Virus record (IMG/VR): IMGVR_UViG_3300033109_000079
Span: 1 to 46,378 of that record
DNA length: 46,378 bases
From: a virus
Taxonomy: Duplodnaviria; Caudoviricetes
Strand: one strand, 5' to 3'
Under the pieces are notes generated by a model. That model was not told the origin of the DNA, searched no databases, and saw nothing but the letters and a program-made list of their open reading frames with translations. Both the position numbers and the translations under genes were made by a program. Positions within the stretch are counted from its first letter, which is position 1. Every line of letters begins with the position of its first letter. This document shows, piece by piece, positions 8,653 through 18,665 of this stretch.

Positions 8653-10442
8653 GCAAGAACACACCCGCGCAGGAAAGCCTGCAACTGGCCACGTCCGATG
8701 GCGTTACCACCAACGTCGAGAAATATGAGTTCGAGCCGATCAAGGGCTACCCGATGCTGAACTGGCGTGGGAAACGTCCGTTCACCTCGACGCAGTATTA
8801 CCCGGCGCAGTTGAAGGAAGTCCACGGCGAAGAAGTGGACGGCTGGCGCAACAAGATTTTCTGGGGCGACAACCTTCAGGTTATGAGCCACCTGCTGAAG
8901 GAGTTCCGTGGCAAGGTCGATCTAATTTACATCGACCCACCGTTTGATTCACGAGCCGACTACAAGAAAAAGATCGAAGTTGCCGGGAATAGAGCCACAT
9001 CTAGCTCGTCGAGCTTTGAGGAAAAGCAGTATGGCGACATCTGGACGAATGACGAGTACCTGCAGTTCATGTACGAGCGTCTAGCTCTAATGCGTGAACT
9101 CTTGGCTGAGACTGGCACGATTTATGTCCACTGCGACTCTAAAAAAGGGCACCACCTTCGCTGCCTCTTAGATGAGCTTTTCGGCGCCGACAACTTCGTT
9201 AACGAAGTAACCTGGCACTACTACAACAAGATGGCCCCTGATTCGAAATGCTTCCCGCGAGCATCTGACAAGATCCTTGCATTTTCGAAGCGGATGGGAA
9301 ACCACACATTCCACAAGCAGGTGGAGGAACGCGATAAGCCCGTAAAGCAGCTTGTGCGGAAGTTTGTTGACGGAAAAGCAATCAACGCACGAGATGAAGA
9401 CGGCAACGTCATGTACCGCGAGACCAGTGAAAAGCGGGTTGACGATGTGTGGCGGCTCTCAATGCTACAGCCTGCTGACAAGACAGAAAATACCGGATAC
9501 CCGACCCAGAAACCGGAAACGCTTGTGGAGCGAATCATCTCAGCCTCATCAAACCCCGGTGATTTGGTTTTTGATTGCTTTATGGGAGCGGGAACAACTC
9601 AGGCTGTTGCAATGCGCCTCGGCCGTAGATTTATTGGTGCTGATATAAATCTTGGCGCGATTCAAACCACAACGAAGCGCCTCATTCGAGGGGCCGAGGA
9701 ACTAAAGCAGGGTGTGCTTGGCGAATCAGGGCATACGTTTACTGGTTTCGAGCTTCACACCGTCAATCACTATGACGTGTTTCGCAACCCTGTCCAAGCC
9801 AAGGAGCTGTTGATTGAAGCGTTGGAAGTTCAGAAGCTGGAGTTCAGCACCGTGTTCGACGGCGAGAAGGATGGGCGCATGGTCAAGATCATGCCCGTCA
9901 ACCGCATCGCCACACGCGCTGACCTAAACGAGCTGATCGCAGGCTTCGACTACAAGGCTTGGGAACGCAAGCAGAACGAAAGCCCGAACCGACCGGTCGA
10001 GAAGATCACCCTCGTCTGCATGGGCCACGAGCCCACCTTGCGGGCGGAACTGGAACTTGCCGCCAAGCCCTTCAAGATCGACGTCGAGGTGGTGGATATC
10101 CTGCGCGACAAGGCCGATCTTGAGTTCAAACGCGACTCGCAGGCCAAGGTGTCCATCAAGAAGAGTGAGCTGGTCATCGAGAAGTTCTACCCGATGAACC
10201 TGCTGCAGAAGCTATCGTTGCAGAAGGAATCGGTTGAGGACTGGAAGGAGCTGGCCGAGTCGGTGCTGATCGACTGGAACTACGACGGCGCGGTGCTGCA
10301 ACCGGCAGTCGTGGACATACCGGGCAGGGAGGAAATGGTCAAGGGCGCGTACAAGGTGCCGGGCGATGCGGGCACCATTCGCGTGAAGATCACCGACCTG
10401 CTCTCGGAGTCGTGGGAGGGGAGCGTGAGCAATGGCGACTAA
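8649..10442 (+). CDS. mod: Type III-like Mod adenine DNA methyltransferase (beta class)
   Basis: IYIDPPF (motif IV) precedes YPTQKPE and FDCFMGAGTT (motif I). ATGA overlap with the upstream gene. Confidence 0.88.
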   Translation: MSKNTPAQESLQLATSDGVTTNVEKYEFEPIKGYPMLNWRGKRPFTSTQYYPAQLKEVHGEEVDGWRNKIFWGDNLQVMSHLLKEFRGKVDLIYIDPPFDSRADYKKKIEVAGNRATSSSSSFEEKQYGDIWTNDEYLQFMYERLALMRELLAETGTIYVHCDSKKGHHLRCLLDELFGADNFVNEVTWHYYNKMAPDSKCFPRASDKILAFSKRMGNHTFHKQVEERDKPVKQLVRKFVDGKAINARDEDGNVMYRETSEKRVDDVWRLSMLQPADKTENTGYPTQKPETLVERIISASSNPGDLVFDCFMGAGTTQAVAMRLGRRFIGADINLGAIQTTTKRLIRGAEELKQGVLGESGHTFTGFELHTVNHYDVFRNPVQAKELLIEALEVQKLEFSTVFDGEKDGRMVKIMPVNRIATRADLNELIAGFDYKAWERKQNESPNRPVEKITLVCMGHEPTLRAELELAAKPFKIDVEVVDILRDKADLEFKRDSQAKVSIKKSELVIEKFYPMNLLQKLSLQKESVEDWKELAESVLIDWNYDGAVLQPAVVDIPGREEMVKGAYKVPGDAGTIRVKITDLLSESWEGSVSNGD

Positions 10443-13143
10443 ACGCACCACGACGTTGGCCAAAGCCACCAGCACCTCCGGCGCATCGCTGGACTTCGCG
10501 TTCTTCCGCTTCCTGTGGCAGTTCTACAAGGACAACCGGGGCGCAATCCGCCAGAACTACAAGGAGCTGACCCGCAAGTTCCTCGACTTCAACAACCCAG
10601 AGAAGAACCCAAAAGCCTTTCTGCGCCAGCCGCAGTTCGAGGCGCTGGAGACCTATGTCTTCCTCAAAGAGTTCCTCGGCAACGCCAAGGTCGAGGAGAT
10701 CTTCAAGGCGTGGTACGAGCGCAGCGGGAAGTTCGAAGGACGCAAGTTTGGCTCCTTCCTCGGCACCGCCGGGCAGGAGATGTTCTCCTTTGGCGAGTCC
10801 GACGAGCTGGAACTGGGCTCGTACAAGCTGCTGTTCGAGAAGATGCGCAAGAACTCGCGCGTCTACCCAAACTATATCTTCGCACTGACGATGGGTACGG
10901 GCAAAACCATCCTGATGGCGACCTGCATCTTCTACGAGTTTCTGTTGGGCAACAAATTCGAGAAGGACGCACGCTATTGCCACAACGCACTGGTGTTCGC
11001 ACCGGACAAGACCGTGCTGCAGTCTCTGAAGGAAATCGAGGCGTTCGACCTCACCCGTGTGGTGCCGCCGGAGTACGTCAACTTCCTGACCACGCACTTG
11101 CGCTTCCACTACCTCGAAGAGGCAGGCACCTCGCTGGACACGCTGGATCGCTCGCGCTTCAACATCATCGTCTCGAACACGCAGAAGATCATCCTCAAGC
11201 GTCAGCACAAAGAAAAGACTTCCGTCGACAAGCTGTTCGGCGCGACAGGCGAAACGCTCGCCGCCAACGGCGTCTATGCCGATGCCGCCGACCTCTACAA
11301 CTTCGACCAGCCCGAGGAAGAAGGAGAGCTGACCACCAACCAGCGGTTCGAGAAACTGCGCCGCCTGGAGCAGTTGGGCATCTTCGTGGACGAGGCTCAC
11401 CACGCCTTCGGAAAAGCGCTGGCCAAGGATATGGGCGTGGGGGCCAAGGAGACGGACACCAGCCTGCGCACGACCATCGACATCCTGGCCGCCAGTCTGA
11501 ACGCGGCCGGCACGCGGGTGGTGGCCTGCTACAACTACACCGGCACGCCTTACGTGGGGCGCGAGGTGTTGCCGGAAGTGGTCTACGCCTACGGCCTGAA
11601 GGAAGCCATCGACAAGGGCTTCCTCAAGAAGGTGACGCTGCACGGCTACGCCAACACCCGCACCGACGAGTTTGTCGACATCGCCATCGAGAGCTTCTTG
11701 AAGGAATCTGGCGAGCTGCGCCCGGAAGGTTTGCTCCCTAAGCTGGCGTTCTTCGCGGCCACCATAGACGAGCTGACCGGCGAACTGCGACCTGCTGTGG
11801 AACGTGCGCTGCTCAAGCACGGCATCCCCACCTCGCGCATCCTGGTCAACGTGGGCGACGACAAGCTCACCACCAACGACGACATCCGTGAGTTCAATCG
11901 ACTGGACACCGAAGGATCGGAAAAGCAGTTCATCCTGTTGGTCAACAAAGGCCGAGAAGGCTGGAACTGCCGCTCACTGTTCGGTGTAGGCCTGTTCCGC
12001 GAGCCCAAGTCCAAGGTGTTTGTCTTGCAGGCCACAATGCGTTGCCTGCGCGCCATCGGACAAGCCCAGCACACCGGCCACGTATTCCTCTCGGATGACA
12101 ACCTCAACACGCTGAACGACGAACTGCAGCAGAATTTCCGCATCAGCGCCGACGAGCTGCAGAAGACCGGCAAAGACAAGGAACGCGTGGAAGTGCGCGT
12201 GGTGGAGCCACCCGTCAAGATCAAGCTGGTGCGCGTGCGCAAGCAGTACCAGATGCGCGAGAAGCAATTGGTGGCTGGGCAGGAATTGATGCCCGAGCGG
12301 GCTGATAAGCAGAAGTGGGGCGAGCTGATCGAGAAGTACCGCTTGATCGAAACGCAGCAGGACGGCCTGACCGCCGCTGACGCGGCGCGAGCTTCCGGCA
12401 GTCGCACCTTCGACCTGACCTCGCGCCGGGAAAAGCAGGCCTTCTCGCCGCTATCGCTGGTGGCCGAGGTGTCGCGCTATCTCAATCGCAGCCCACTGGA
12501 GATCGAGGAGCTGCTCGACGCGACGAAGGAAGGCACCGATGAACTGGTGGCCATCACCAACGAGTTCAACGAGCTGCTCTACGATGAGATCATCCCGCGC
12601 CTGTTCCGCCAGCTCTACGACTTGGACGAATCGCAGCAAACCGAGGAGCACGAAGTCGATCTGATCAAGATGCCCCCGAACGGCTACTACGAGGTGTCGG
12701 CTGCCAAGGACAAGATCGTCCGGATGAACGACGCGCAGATCAAGGATGAAGAGCGCGCCAAGAGCTTCCACCTCGATACCTATTGCTTCGATTCTGGCTC
12801 GGAGAACTGGCTGTTCTGGGACTTGTTGCGCGAGCAGCGCGTGAAGAAGATCTACTTCACCGGGATGCTGACGCACAGCCAGTCGGACTTCTTCATCCAG
12901 TACATCGACCCCGATTCACGCACGGTGCGCAGTTACTACCCTGATTTCATCTTTCAGCGTGAAGAGGCGGATGGCAGCTTGAAGTACGTCATCGTCGAGG
13001 TGAAGGCAGACAACCAGATCGAGGACGCGGTAGTGCAGGCCAAGAAAGACTTCGCCCAGCAGATCGCGGTGGCCAGCGGGATGGAGTACCGCATTCTCAA
13101 GTCGTCCGATGCGGACAAGCGGCATTTCCGCGCGCTGCTGTAA
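10432..13143 (+). CDS. res: Type III-like Res subunit: SF2 helicase/ATPase with C-terminal PD-(D/E)XK (TnsA-like) endonuclease
   Basis: LRQPQFEALE, TMGTGKT, FVDEAHH, YTGTP, GREGWN and QATMRCLR motifs. C-terminal YYPDFI...IVEVK. Overlaps mod by 11 nt. Confidence 0.85.
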   Translation: MATKRTTTLAKATSTSGASLDFAFFRFLWQFYKDNRGAIRQNYKELTRKFLDFNNPEKNPKAFLRQPQFEALETYVFLKEFLGNAKVEEIFKAWYERSGKFEGRKFGSFLGTAGQEMFSFGESDELELGSYKLLFEKMRKNSRVYPNYIFALTMGTGKTILMATCIFYEFLLGNKFEKDARYCHNALVFAPDKTVLQSLKEIEAFDLTRVVPPEYVNFLTTHLRFHYLEEAGTSLDTLDRSRFNIIVSNTQKIILKRQHKEKTSVDKLFGATGETLAANGVYADAADLYNFDQPEEEGELTTNQRFEKLRRLEQLGIFVDEAHHAFGKALAKDMGVGAKETDTSLRTTIDILAASLNAAGTRVVACYNYTGTPYVGREVLPEVVYAYGLKEAIDKGFLKKVTLHGYANTRTDEFVDIAIESFLKESGELRPEGLLPKLAFFAATIDELTGELRPAVERALLKHGIPTSRILVNVGDDKLTTNDDIREFNRLDTEGSEKQFILLVNKGREGWNCRSLFGVGLFREPKSKVFVLQATMRCLRAIGQAQHTGHVFLSDDNLNTLNDELQQNFRISADELQKTGKDKERVEVRVVEPPVKIKLVRVRKQYQMREKQLVAGQELMPERADKQKWGELIEKYRLIETQQDGLTAADAARASGSRTFDLTSRREKQAFSPLSLVAEVSRYLNRSPLEIEELLDATKEGTDELVAITNEFNELLYDEIIPRLFRQLYDLDESQQTEEHEVDLIKMPPNGYYEVSAAKDKIVRMNDAQIKDEERAKSFHLDTYCFDSGSENWLFWDLLREQRVKKIYFTGMLTHSQSDFFIQYIDPDSRTVRSYYPDFIFQREEADGSLKYVIVEVKADNQIEDAVVQAKKDFAQQIAVASGMEYRILKSSDADKRHFRALL

Positions 13144-13193
13144 GCACGTTCAGTTGCCTTTGCTTTCGTAACCGTAGGTGCAGGGAAAACCAA

Positions 13194-16100
13194 ATGACCA
13201 AAAAAAGAATCTCAAAAAGCACGCTCTCAATGTTCCTCCGCACGAAGTGCGACCGGGAGCTCTATTTGTCCCTGCATGAAGATTCAGAGCTTGATACACA
13301 TGGAATGCCTGTGCCACTTCAAGCACGGCCTGGAATTGGTGTGCTACAAACCGCAGGTCGAGATTTTGAGGATGAGCGAAATGATCAGCTGATCCAGGCG
13401 TTCGACAAGCTGGTCATCTACCAACCAGACAAGGCTGGTACGAACAAGCCCGTCAAAGCTCCGTTGGCTTCACTACTCGGAAAAGTGACGGCACTACCTT
13501 CGATCATCCTGCAAGCCAAGTTCGAACCGTCATCTTTTCAGAATGGCGTAATGGCAAACATCGGGCTGCAACCGGCGCAGGTTGCCCGAGTTCCGCCAAT
13601 CGCCGGACTCATACCTGACATCATCGTTGCGCGCCAAGCAAGAGCCGATGACGAAGAAGTATGTCCAAACGGATCTAGAAAACCAATTAACCCGGCGTCA
13701 GAGACACGATGCGCGTTGAGCATCATTGACGTGAAGCACACCAGTGAAGCGAATCCAAGCTACTCAGCCGAGGTGGCGCTTTATGCGCTTTTTCTTGCCA
13801 ACTGGATCGCCGACCAGGGACTGCAGAATAGTTTTTTTGTAACGACTCACAGCTATTTGTGGACACGTTTCAAGCAGGGGCAGTCTGTGCTCGATGGATT
13901 GATGTCTGGTGCTTCTGCGGCGACACCGAATCAGTATCTGGACGCTCTAATTGCCGACAGCGAAGATGCCAATCTTCGTTTTTATTTGCCAACTGTGCTG
14001 CATTTCTTCCGCGAGGACTTGCTCCGGGTCATTGCCGTCGGCGATGCATTGCCTAACGGCTGGGTAAACCTTGAGTGGCACGTGGATGGTCGCTGCAGTG
14101 CATGCGACTGGCTGGGACATGAAAAATGGGCAACTGCGAAGGATAGGGCGCGAATTGCGGCGCAGCCAACCCACTACTGCTACCCTGCTGCGAAGCTCAC
14201 TGGTCACCTGAGTCAAATTGCAGGCATGACTCGTGGTGCGAGGAAGACGCTCCAGATCAATGCCATTCAGGACACTGCTGGGGCGGCCGTTGCCACTTCT
14301 GGCCATCCTGCCTTTCAGCAACACAGCCATCTCAAGAAGGAGCGCAGTCGCATTCCAGCGCGTGCAAATGCACTCATCTCCTCAACGACAACGGTGGACA
14401 ACTCTGCGGTGCTCGCAAGTTTGGCGCCTGCGCCGCAGTTCCATGCCTCTATCGCAGTGAATTTTGACCCAAGCGCTGGACTACTTACAGGCTTGTCGAT
14501 ACTTGGTCGTGCAACGGCTTATGTAAGCGGGCAGTCCCCACGTCAGTTTGCGCCGAAGTGCTTTGTCGTCGACCAGAAGAATTTGGCGGACGAATGGGTT
14601 GCCCTGGAGGGGCTGCTGTCAACTTTGTCGGACATGGTCGATCAGGCGGAAGCATTTGTTCGTGCAGCAGGAAAAACACCGCTGACCGCGCAGATCGCCT
14701 TTTGGGAGCAGCGACAGTTTGAAGAGCTATGTGCGGCGATGGGGCGACATTTGCCAAGGGTACTGAGCCTGACGAATCGGAAAACCAAAGCACTAGCCTG
14801 GCTGTTCCCGGCTGATGAGCTGATCGAGAAGCCGGACGGTGCTGTCAGTCCATGCATTGTCTTCATCGACGAAATTGTTCGACGAGTGGTCTTTGCACCG
14901 ACACCCCACGTCATTACGTTGTTCGACACTGCGGAAACGTACTACTCGGGGCCGGGACCTGTTCGTCTGGGGGATGCTTACTATCGGGAATTCCTCACCA
15001 ACGGTATTCCAAGAGAGCGGATCTACGAAATCTGGAGCAACGTCACCATCATTAAGCGGGGCTCAGTTACCGTTCCTCGAAATACGGTGATTCAGGAGTT
15101 CGGCAATGCCCTGGAAAAGCAATGCCGTGCATTGAACAGCGTGGTCGAGCGGTTGCGAACGGATTTCAAAGGGCAATTGAAGGCTAATGCCCCGAAGCTG
15201 ACTCTCTCTATACCCCAGGGCAGTCGTGACGTCGCTTTCGATAGCAAGCTGTGGATCTGGTGGGAAGAACTGCAATATCAGACCAGGAAGCTGGAATCTC
15301 ATCAGCGTCTAGCGCTTGATGCCGAAGCATTGGAGGCAAGTTACGAGGCTGTACGTCTTACCAATGGCCAGCCCACGGGAACCCCAAACGAGTACATCTA
15401 CGATGTCCTGCCCGGTTCAACCGAAGCCAAGCTTGACGACAATGAGGGCTATCTTGCCTTGGGCAAAGAGGGATATCCAGGGCTTCCACTTCAGCGTGGC
15501 AGGGACCTGATTCCCGTCACAGCCCCTCCTTATTCAGGGCAGGGTGACACCCTTCTGACCCCGTTGTGGTCGGCTCTCTCTGTAACGCTGGTGTCATTCA
15601 ACCGAGGCACACGCAAAGCAGTACTGAAGTTAAGTAACAGGCGTGAGGCGGCATTCGCGCCGTACCTGCTGGCCAATTCAACGGTCGACCTGCTGAACGA
15701 TATCTTCATAACCAAGGGCCAAGTCTCATTCAAGTGGTATGAGACAGTCAAAAGAATCTTAGCCTCTGTCGGCAACCCATCGATTGCGGTTGCCGATAGA
15801 AATGCTGCCACTGCAATGGGCGCTAACGCAGCAAGGCCAGGTACCGCAGCGATCACCCCGCTTGCTCGCATTCTGTGGGAAGCGGACACCGTCCATTCGG
15901 CATCGGTTGTTGCCTCGCCTCAGGCTGCATCAGTAGCCGCCTACGCCAAAGCAAAGCACAACCTGAATACCAGCCAGACTGATGCCGTTGCCCACGCCGC
16001 AGAAAAGGGGCTAACCATCATTTGGGGGCCGCCCGGAACCGGAAAAACCCAGACGCTTGCCGGATGCATTCATGGACTCGTCCATGACGCTGTGCAGCGG

Positions 16101-17441
16101 AATCAGCCGTTGAAGGTGCTGGTCGCCGGGCCTACCTACAAAGCGGTTGAAGAGATCATCGGTCGCGTAGTTGAGTCGCTAGATGCCGACCCAACATGCC
16201 CAGCAGAGTTCTTCGTGGGATATTCCTCGTCACAAACCCCAAAGCCCTTTGCTGCGGCCAACCATCATTTGCGTGTTGAATCATTCAATCTCAACCAAGC
16301 CAACCAGGAAACGCAGGACTGCCTCGCTAGTTTGGCGAATACTGAGACGGTCACCATTGTCGCCACTTCAACAATGCAGGCATACAAGCTTGCAGACTGG
16401 GGTTGCGGTAGCTGTGTTGGCCCTGTGTTCGACGTCGTAATCGTTGACGAAAGCTCGCAGGTTCAGGTCACCACGGCAATTTCTCCGCTTGCCACTATGA
16501 AAGAAGATGCGCGGCTGATCATTGCAGGCGACCATCTTCAGATGCCCCCCATCATGGCTCTGGAACCACCCAAGGGCGCCGAATACTTGGTGGGCAGCAT
16601 CCAGAAATACCTGCTCGAACGACCGTTTGGCAATCAGATCACTCCATGTCCATTGGAAGAGAACTATCGTTCTGCTGAGGACATCGTTGCCTATGCTCGA
16701 ACCATCGGCTATCGGGCAACCTTACAGGCCGCAAACGCTGCCACGGCGCTTCACTTATTGGCAGCGCCACCAACTCCCGCGTCCGGACTTCCTGGATGCA
16801 TGCCTTGGTCTCTCCTTTGGCCGCACATTCTGGCTCCCGAGAACAAGGTGCTGACTTTGCTCCATGACGATGACCTCTCGTCACAAAGCAATTCCTTTGA
16901 GGCAAAGATCGTCGCTGCCTTAACTTGGTGTCTCAAGCAAACAGCGAGTGCTGAGCTTGATGGACGCGGTCCGGTTACGCATGCAGCGCCACAACCAGAT
17001 CAGTTTTGGGGACGGTGTATTGGAATTGTTACGCCGCACCGTGCACAGCGTGCGTTGGTGATCCGCGAACTGAGAGCGATATTTCCATCTGACCCGCCAG
17101 ATTTGATCGACTCAGCAGTTGATACCGTTGAAAAATTCCAAGGGGGACAGCGTCACACGATCATCGTGACTTTCGGGGTCGGGGACGCCGATGTGATCAT
17201 GGGCGAGGAAGCGTTCCTCATGCAACTAGAGCGAACCAATGTCGCCATCTCCCGCGCAATGGCCAAGTGTCTGGTGGTCATGCCGATGACCCTCGCAGGG
17301 CACGTTCCTCAAGACAAGAAGGCGCTCGAGACTGCACATGCGATTAAAGACTACGTCGACGAATTCTGCAACCAGGAAATCAGCGATCAGATCTCGCTCG
17401 GATCAACGTTGCGGCAAGCGAAACTGCGCTACCACCAATAG
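13194..17441 (+). CDS. Dna2/Nam7-like SF1B helicase with N-terminal RecB/Cas4-like nuclease
   Basis: N-terminal SKSTLSMFLRTKCDRELY, PDII...IIDVKH and CSACDW...YC. C-terminal WGPPGTGKT, IVDESSQ, GDHLQMPP, NYRS, TPHRAQ, TVEKFQG and RTNVAISRA. Less GC-biased codons than the upstream operon. Confidence 0.88.
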   Translation: MTKKRISKSTLSMFLRTKCDRELYLSLHEDSELDTHGMPVPLQARPGIGVLQTAGRDFEDERNDQLIQAFDKLVIYQPDKAGTNKPVKAPLASLLGKVTALPSIILQAKFEPSSFQNGVMANIGLQPAQVARVPPIAGLIPDIIVARQARADDEEVCPNGSRKPINPASETRCALSIIDVKHTSEANPSYSAEVALYALFLANWIADQGLQNSFFVTTHSYLWTRFKQGQSVLDGLMSGASAATPNQYLDALIADSEDANLRFYLPTVLHFFREDLLRVIAVGDALPNGWVNLEWHVDGRCSACDWLGHEKWATAKDRARIAAQPTHYCYPAAKLTGHLSQIAGMTRGARKTLQINAIQDTAGAAVATSGHPAFQQHSHLKKERSRIPARANALISSTTTVDNSAVLASLAPAPQFHASIAVNFDPSAGLLTGLSILGRATAYVSGQSPRQFAPKCFVVDQKNLADEWVALEGLLSTLSDMVDQAEAFVRAAGKTPLTAQIAFWEQRQFEELCAAMGRHLPRVLSLTNRKTKALAWLFPADELIEKPDGAVSPCIVFIDEIVRRVVFAPTPHVITLFDTAETYYSGPGPVRLGDAYYREFLTNGIPRERIYEIWSNVTIIKRGSVTVPRNTVIQEFGNALEKQCRALNSVVERLRTDFKGQLKANAPKLTLSIPQGSRDVAFDSKLWIWWEELQYQTRKLESHQRLALDAEALEASYEAVRLTNGQPTGTPNEYIYDVLPGSTEAKLDDNEGYLALGKEGYPGLPLQRGRDLIPVTAPPYSGQGDTLLTPLWSALSVTLVSFNRGTRKAVLKLSNRREAAFAPYLLANSTVDLLNDIFITKGQVSFKWYETVKRILASVGNPSIAVADRNAATAMGANAARPGTAAITPLARILWEADTVHSASVVASPQAASVAAYAKAKHNLNTSQTDAVAHAAEKGLTIIWGPPGTGKTQTLAGCIHGLVHDAVQRNQPLKVLVAGPTYKAVEEIIGRVVESLDADPTCPAEFFVGYSSSQTPKPFAAANHHLRVESFNLNQANQETQDCLASLANTETVTIVATSTMQAYKLADWGCGSCVGPVFDVVIVDESSQVQVTTAISPLATMKEDARLIIAGDHLQMPPIMALEPPKGAEYLVGSIQKYLLERPFGNQITPCPLEENYRSAEDIVAYARTIGYRATLQAANAATALHLLAAPPTPASGLPGCMPWSLLWPHILAPENKVLTLLHDDDLSSQSNSFEAKIVAALTWCLKQTASAELDGRGPVTHAAPQPDQFWGRCIGIVTPHRAQRALVIRELRAIFPSDPPDLIDSAVDTVEKFQGGQRHTIIVTFGVGDADVIMGEEAFLMQLERTNVAISRAMAKCLVVMPMTLAGHVPQDKKALETAHAIKDYVDEFCNQEISDQISLGSTLRQAKLRYHQ

Positions 17442-17453
17442 CAGCTAGCGCAA

Positions 17454-18665
17454 TCAAACTCTTTCGACGTGAAAATCAAACTCGACGGCGGCAGCAGACT
17501 CGGCTTTCATCTGATCTGCTTGCCGCTTGCCGACATCTGCTGATTTCGCCGAACGGGTAGACACCAAGCGCCAATCGACCCCGGACTCCTCCAGCGAGGC
17601 TCTAAAGAGTTTCTTTGCATCAACCAGCGCGGATGGAATTATTCCGAATCGAACGTACATGTGAAGCGACTCGGACGACTCTGCGCTGCTGGCTATATTT
17701 TTCCAGACCTTGCCGAGCGACGTGGCAAATACCTGCTGTCCGCCATGATCGAGTTGCGGTCCAGCTGAGTAGTCTATGGAGTCAGGCCCACCCAGAAACC
17801 AGTTTCTTAGCCATTGATCTTGAACATACGTCCGCATTCCGTAATAAGGGGGGGACGTGATCACAATCGACGGCGCAGTGCCAAGCGACCGGAATAATTC
17901 TTCCGACTGAGCATCACCATGCAAGACTTGAGATATCGAACACGGTGACGCTTGATCAAGTCCCACCAAGCGTTCAATTTTGCGACGAAGCACGCGGAGC
18001 ACATCTACTTTCGGTGCTTTAAGATTCCGTTCTTTCCAGAATCTCACGGCGTAGTCAGGCTTTGATGCGTATGTCCTTGGCATTTGATTGGAAAAATAGC
18101 CCGCGTTCTCGACGTGTTTGGGAAGTGGGCCGTGCAAACACCCAAGCGCCGCAGCACGCAGAATGGATGACGCATCTGTTTCATCATCGAGACCGAGCAA
18201 TCCTTCGCGTAGGGCGCAAATATCGCGGAGCGTCGATTGGTGATATGCCGAACGAAAAAATGGAGTATCTGGCAATGCGGCCGGGGCGATATCTGAAATG
18301 AACTTTGCCGCAAGCTCGAGTGGTGCATCAATGTCACAACTCGCCAACTTGGCTTTCGCAATTGCGACAGCGACGGGTGATGAGTCAATGCCCCAGGCAG
18401 AAAACCCTAATCTCCGAGCAGAAAATAGGGTTGTTCCTCGACCACAAAATGGATCGAGAACAACTGGCTTTTCCTTTAGATGCTTTTTGAGCACCCTATT
18501 CGGATACTCGAGCGGAAACATCGTAAAGTAAGGGCAAATTGCGTTCAGCGCATTTTCTTTGTTGTAGGCAAGGGCCACGTTCTTTGTACTTGTGCTTAGC
18601 GTCGATTTTGGATATAAGGGCCAGTTTACACGGCTATGGGCGTGTAGGGAACGTTCCGAACTCAT
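17454..18665 (-). CDS. Orphan DNA methyltransferase (amino-MTase, probably N4-cytosine, alpha motif order)
   Basis: CPYFTMFP and LDPFCGRGTT (motif I) come before ITSPPY (motif IV). Low GC. Overlaps the lysozyme 3' end by 32 nt and has a GGAG RBS. Confidence 0.82.
   Translation of the reverse strand: MSSERSLHAHSRVNWPLYPKSTLSTSTKNVALAYNKENALNAICPYFTMFPLEYPNRVLKKHLKEKPVVLDPFCGRGTTLFSARRLGFSAWGIDSSPVAVAIAKAKLASCDIDAPLELAAKFISDIAPAALPDTPFFRSAYHQSTLRDICALREGLLGLDDETDASSILRAAALGCLHGPLPKHVENAGYFSNQMPRTYASKPDYAVRFWKERNLKAPKVDVLRVLRRKIERLVGLDQASPCSISQVLHGDAQSEELFRSLGTAPSIVITSPPYYGMRTYVQDQWLRNWFLGGPDSIDYSAGPQLDHGGQQVFATSLGKVWKNIASSAESSESLHMYVRFGIIPSALVDAKKLFRASLEESGVDWRLVSTRSAKSADVGKRQADQMKAESAAAVEFDFHVERV

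Noticed and set aside
5513-17441. Assignment to MADS, DISARM, BREX or Gabija
   Set aside because: Only single components resemble them (Mad1-like HTH, UvrD helicase). I see no HsdS-like subunit, kinase, PglZ, DrmA/DrmB pair or OLD-family GajA.
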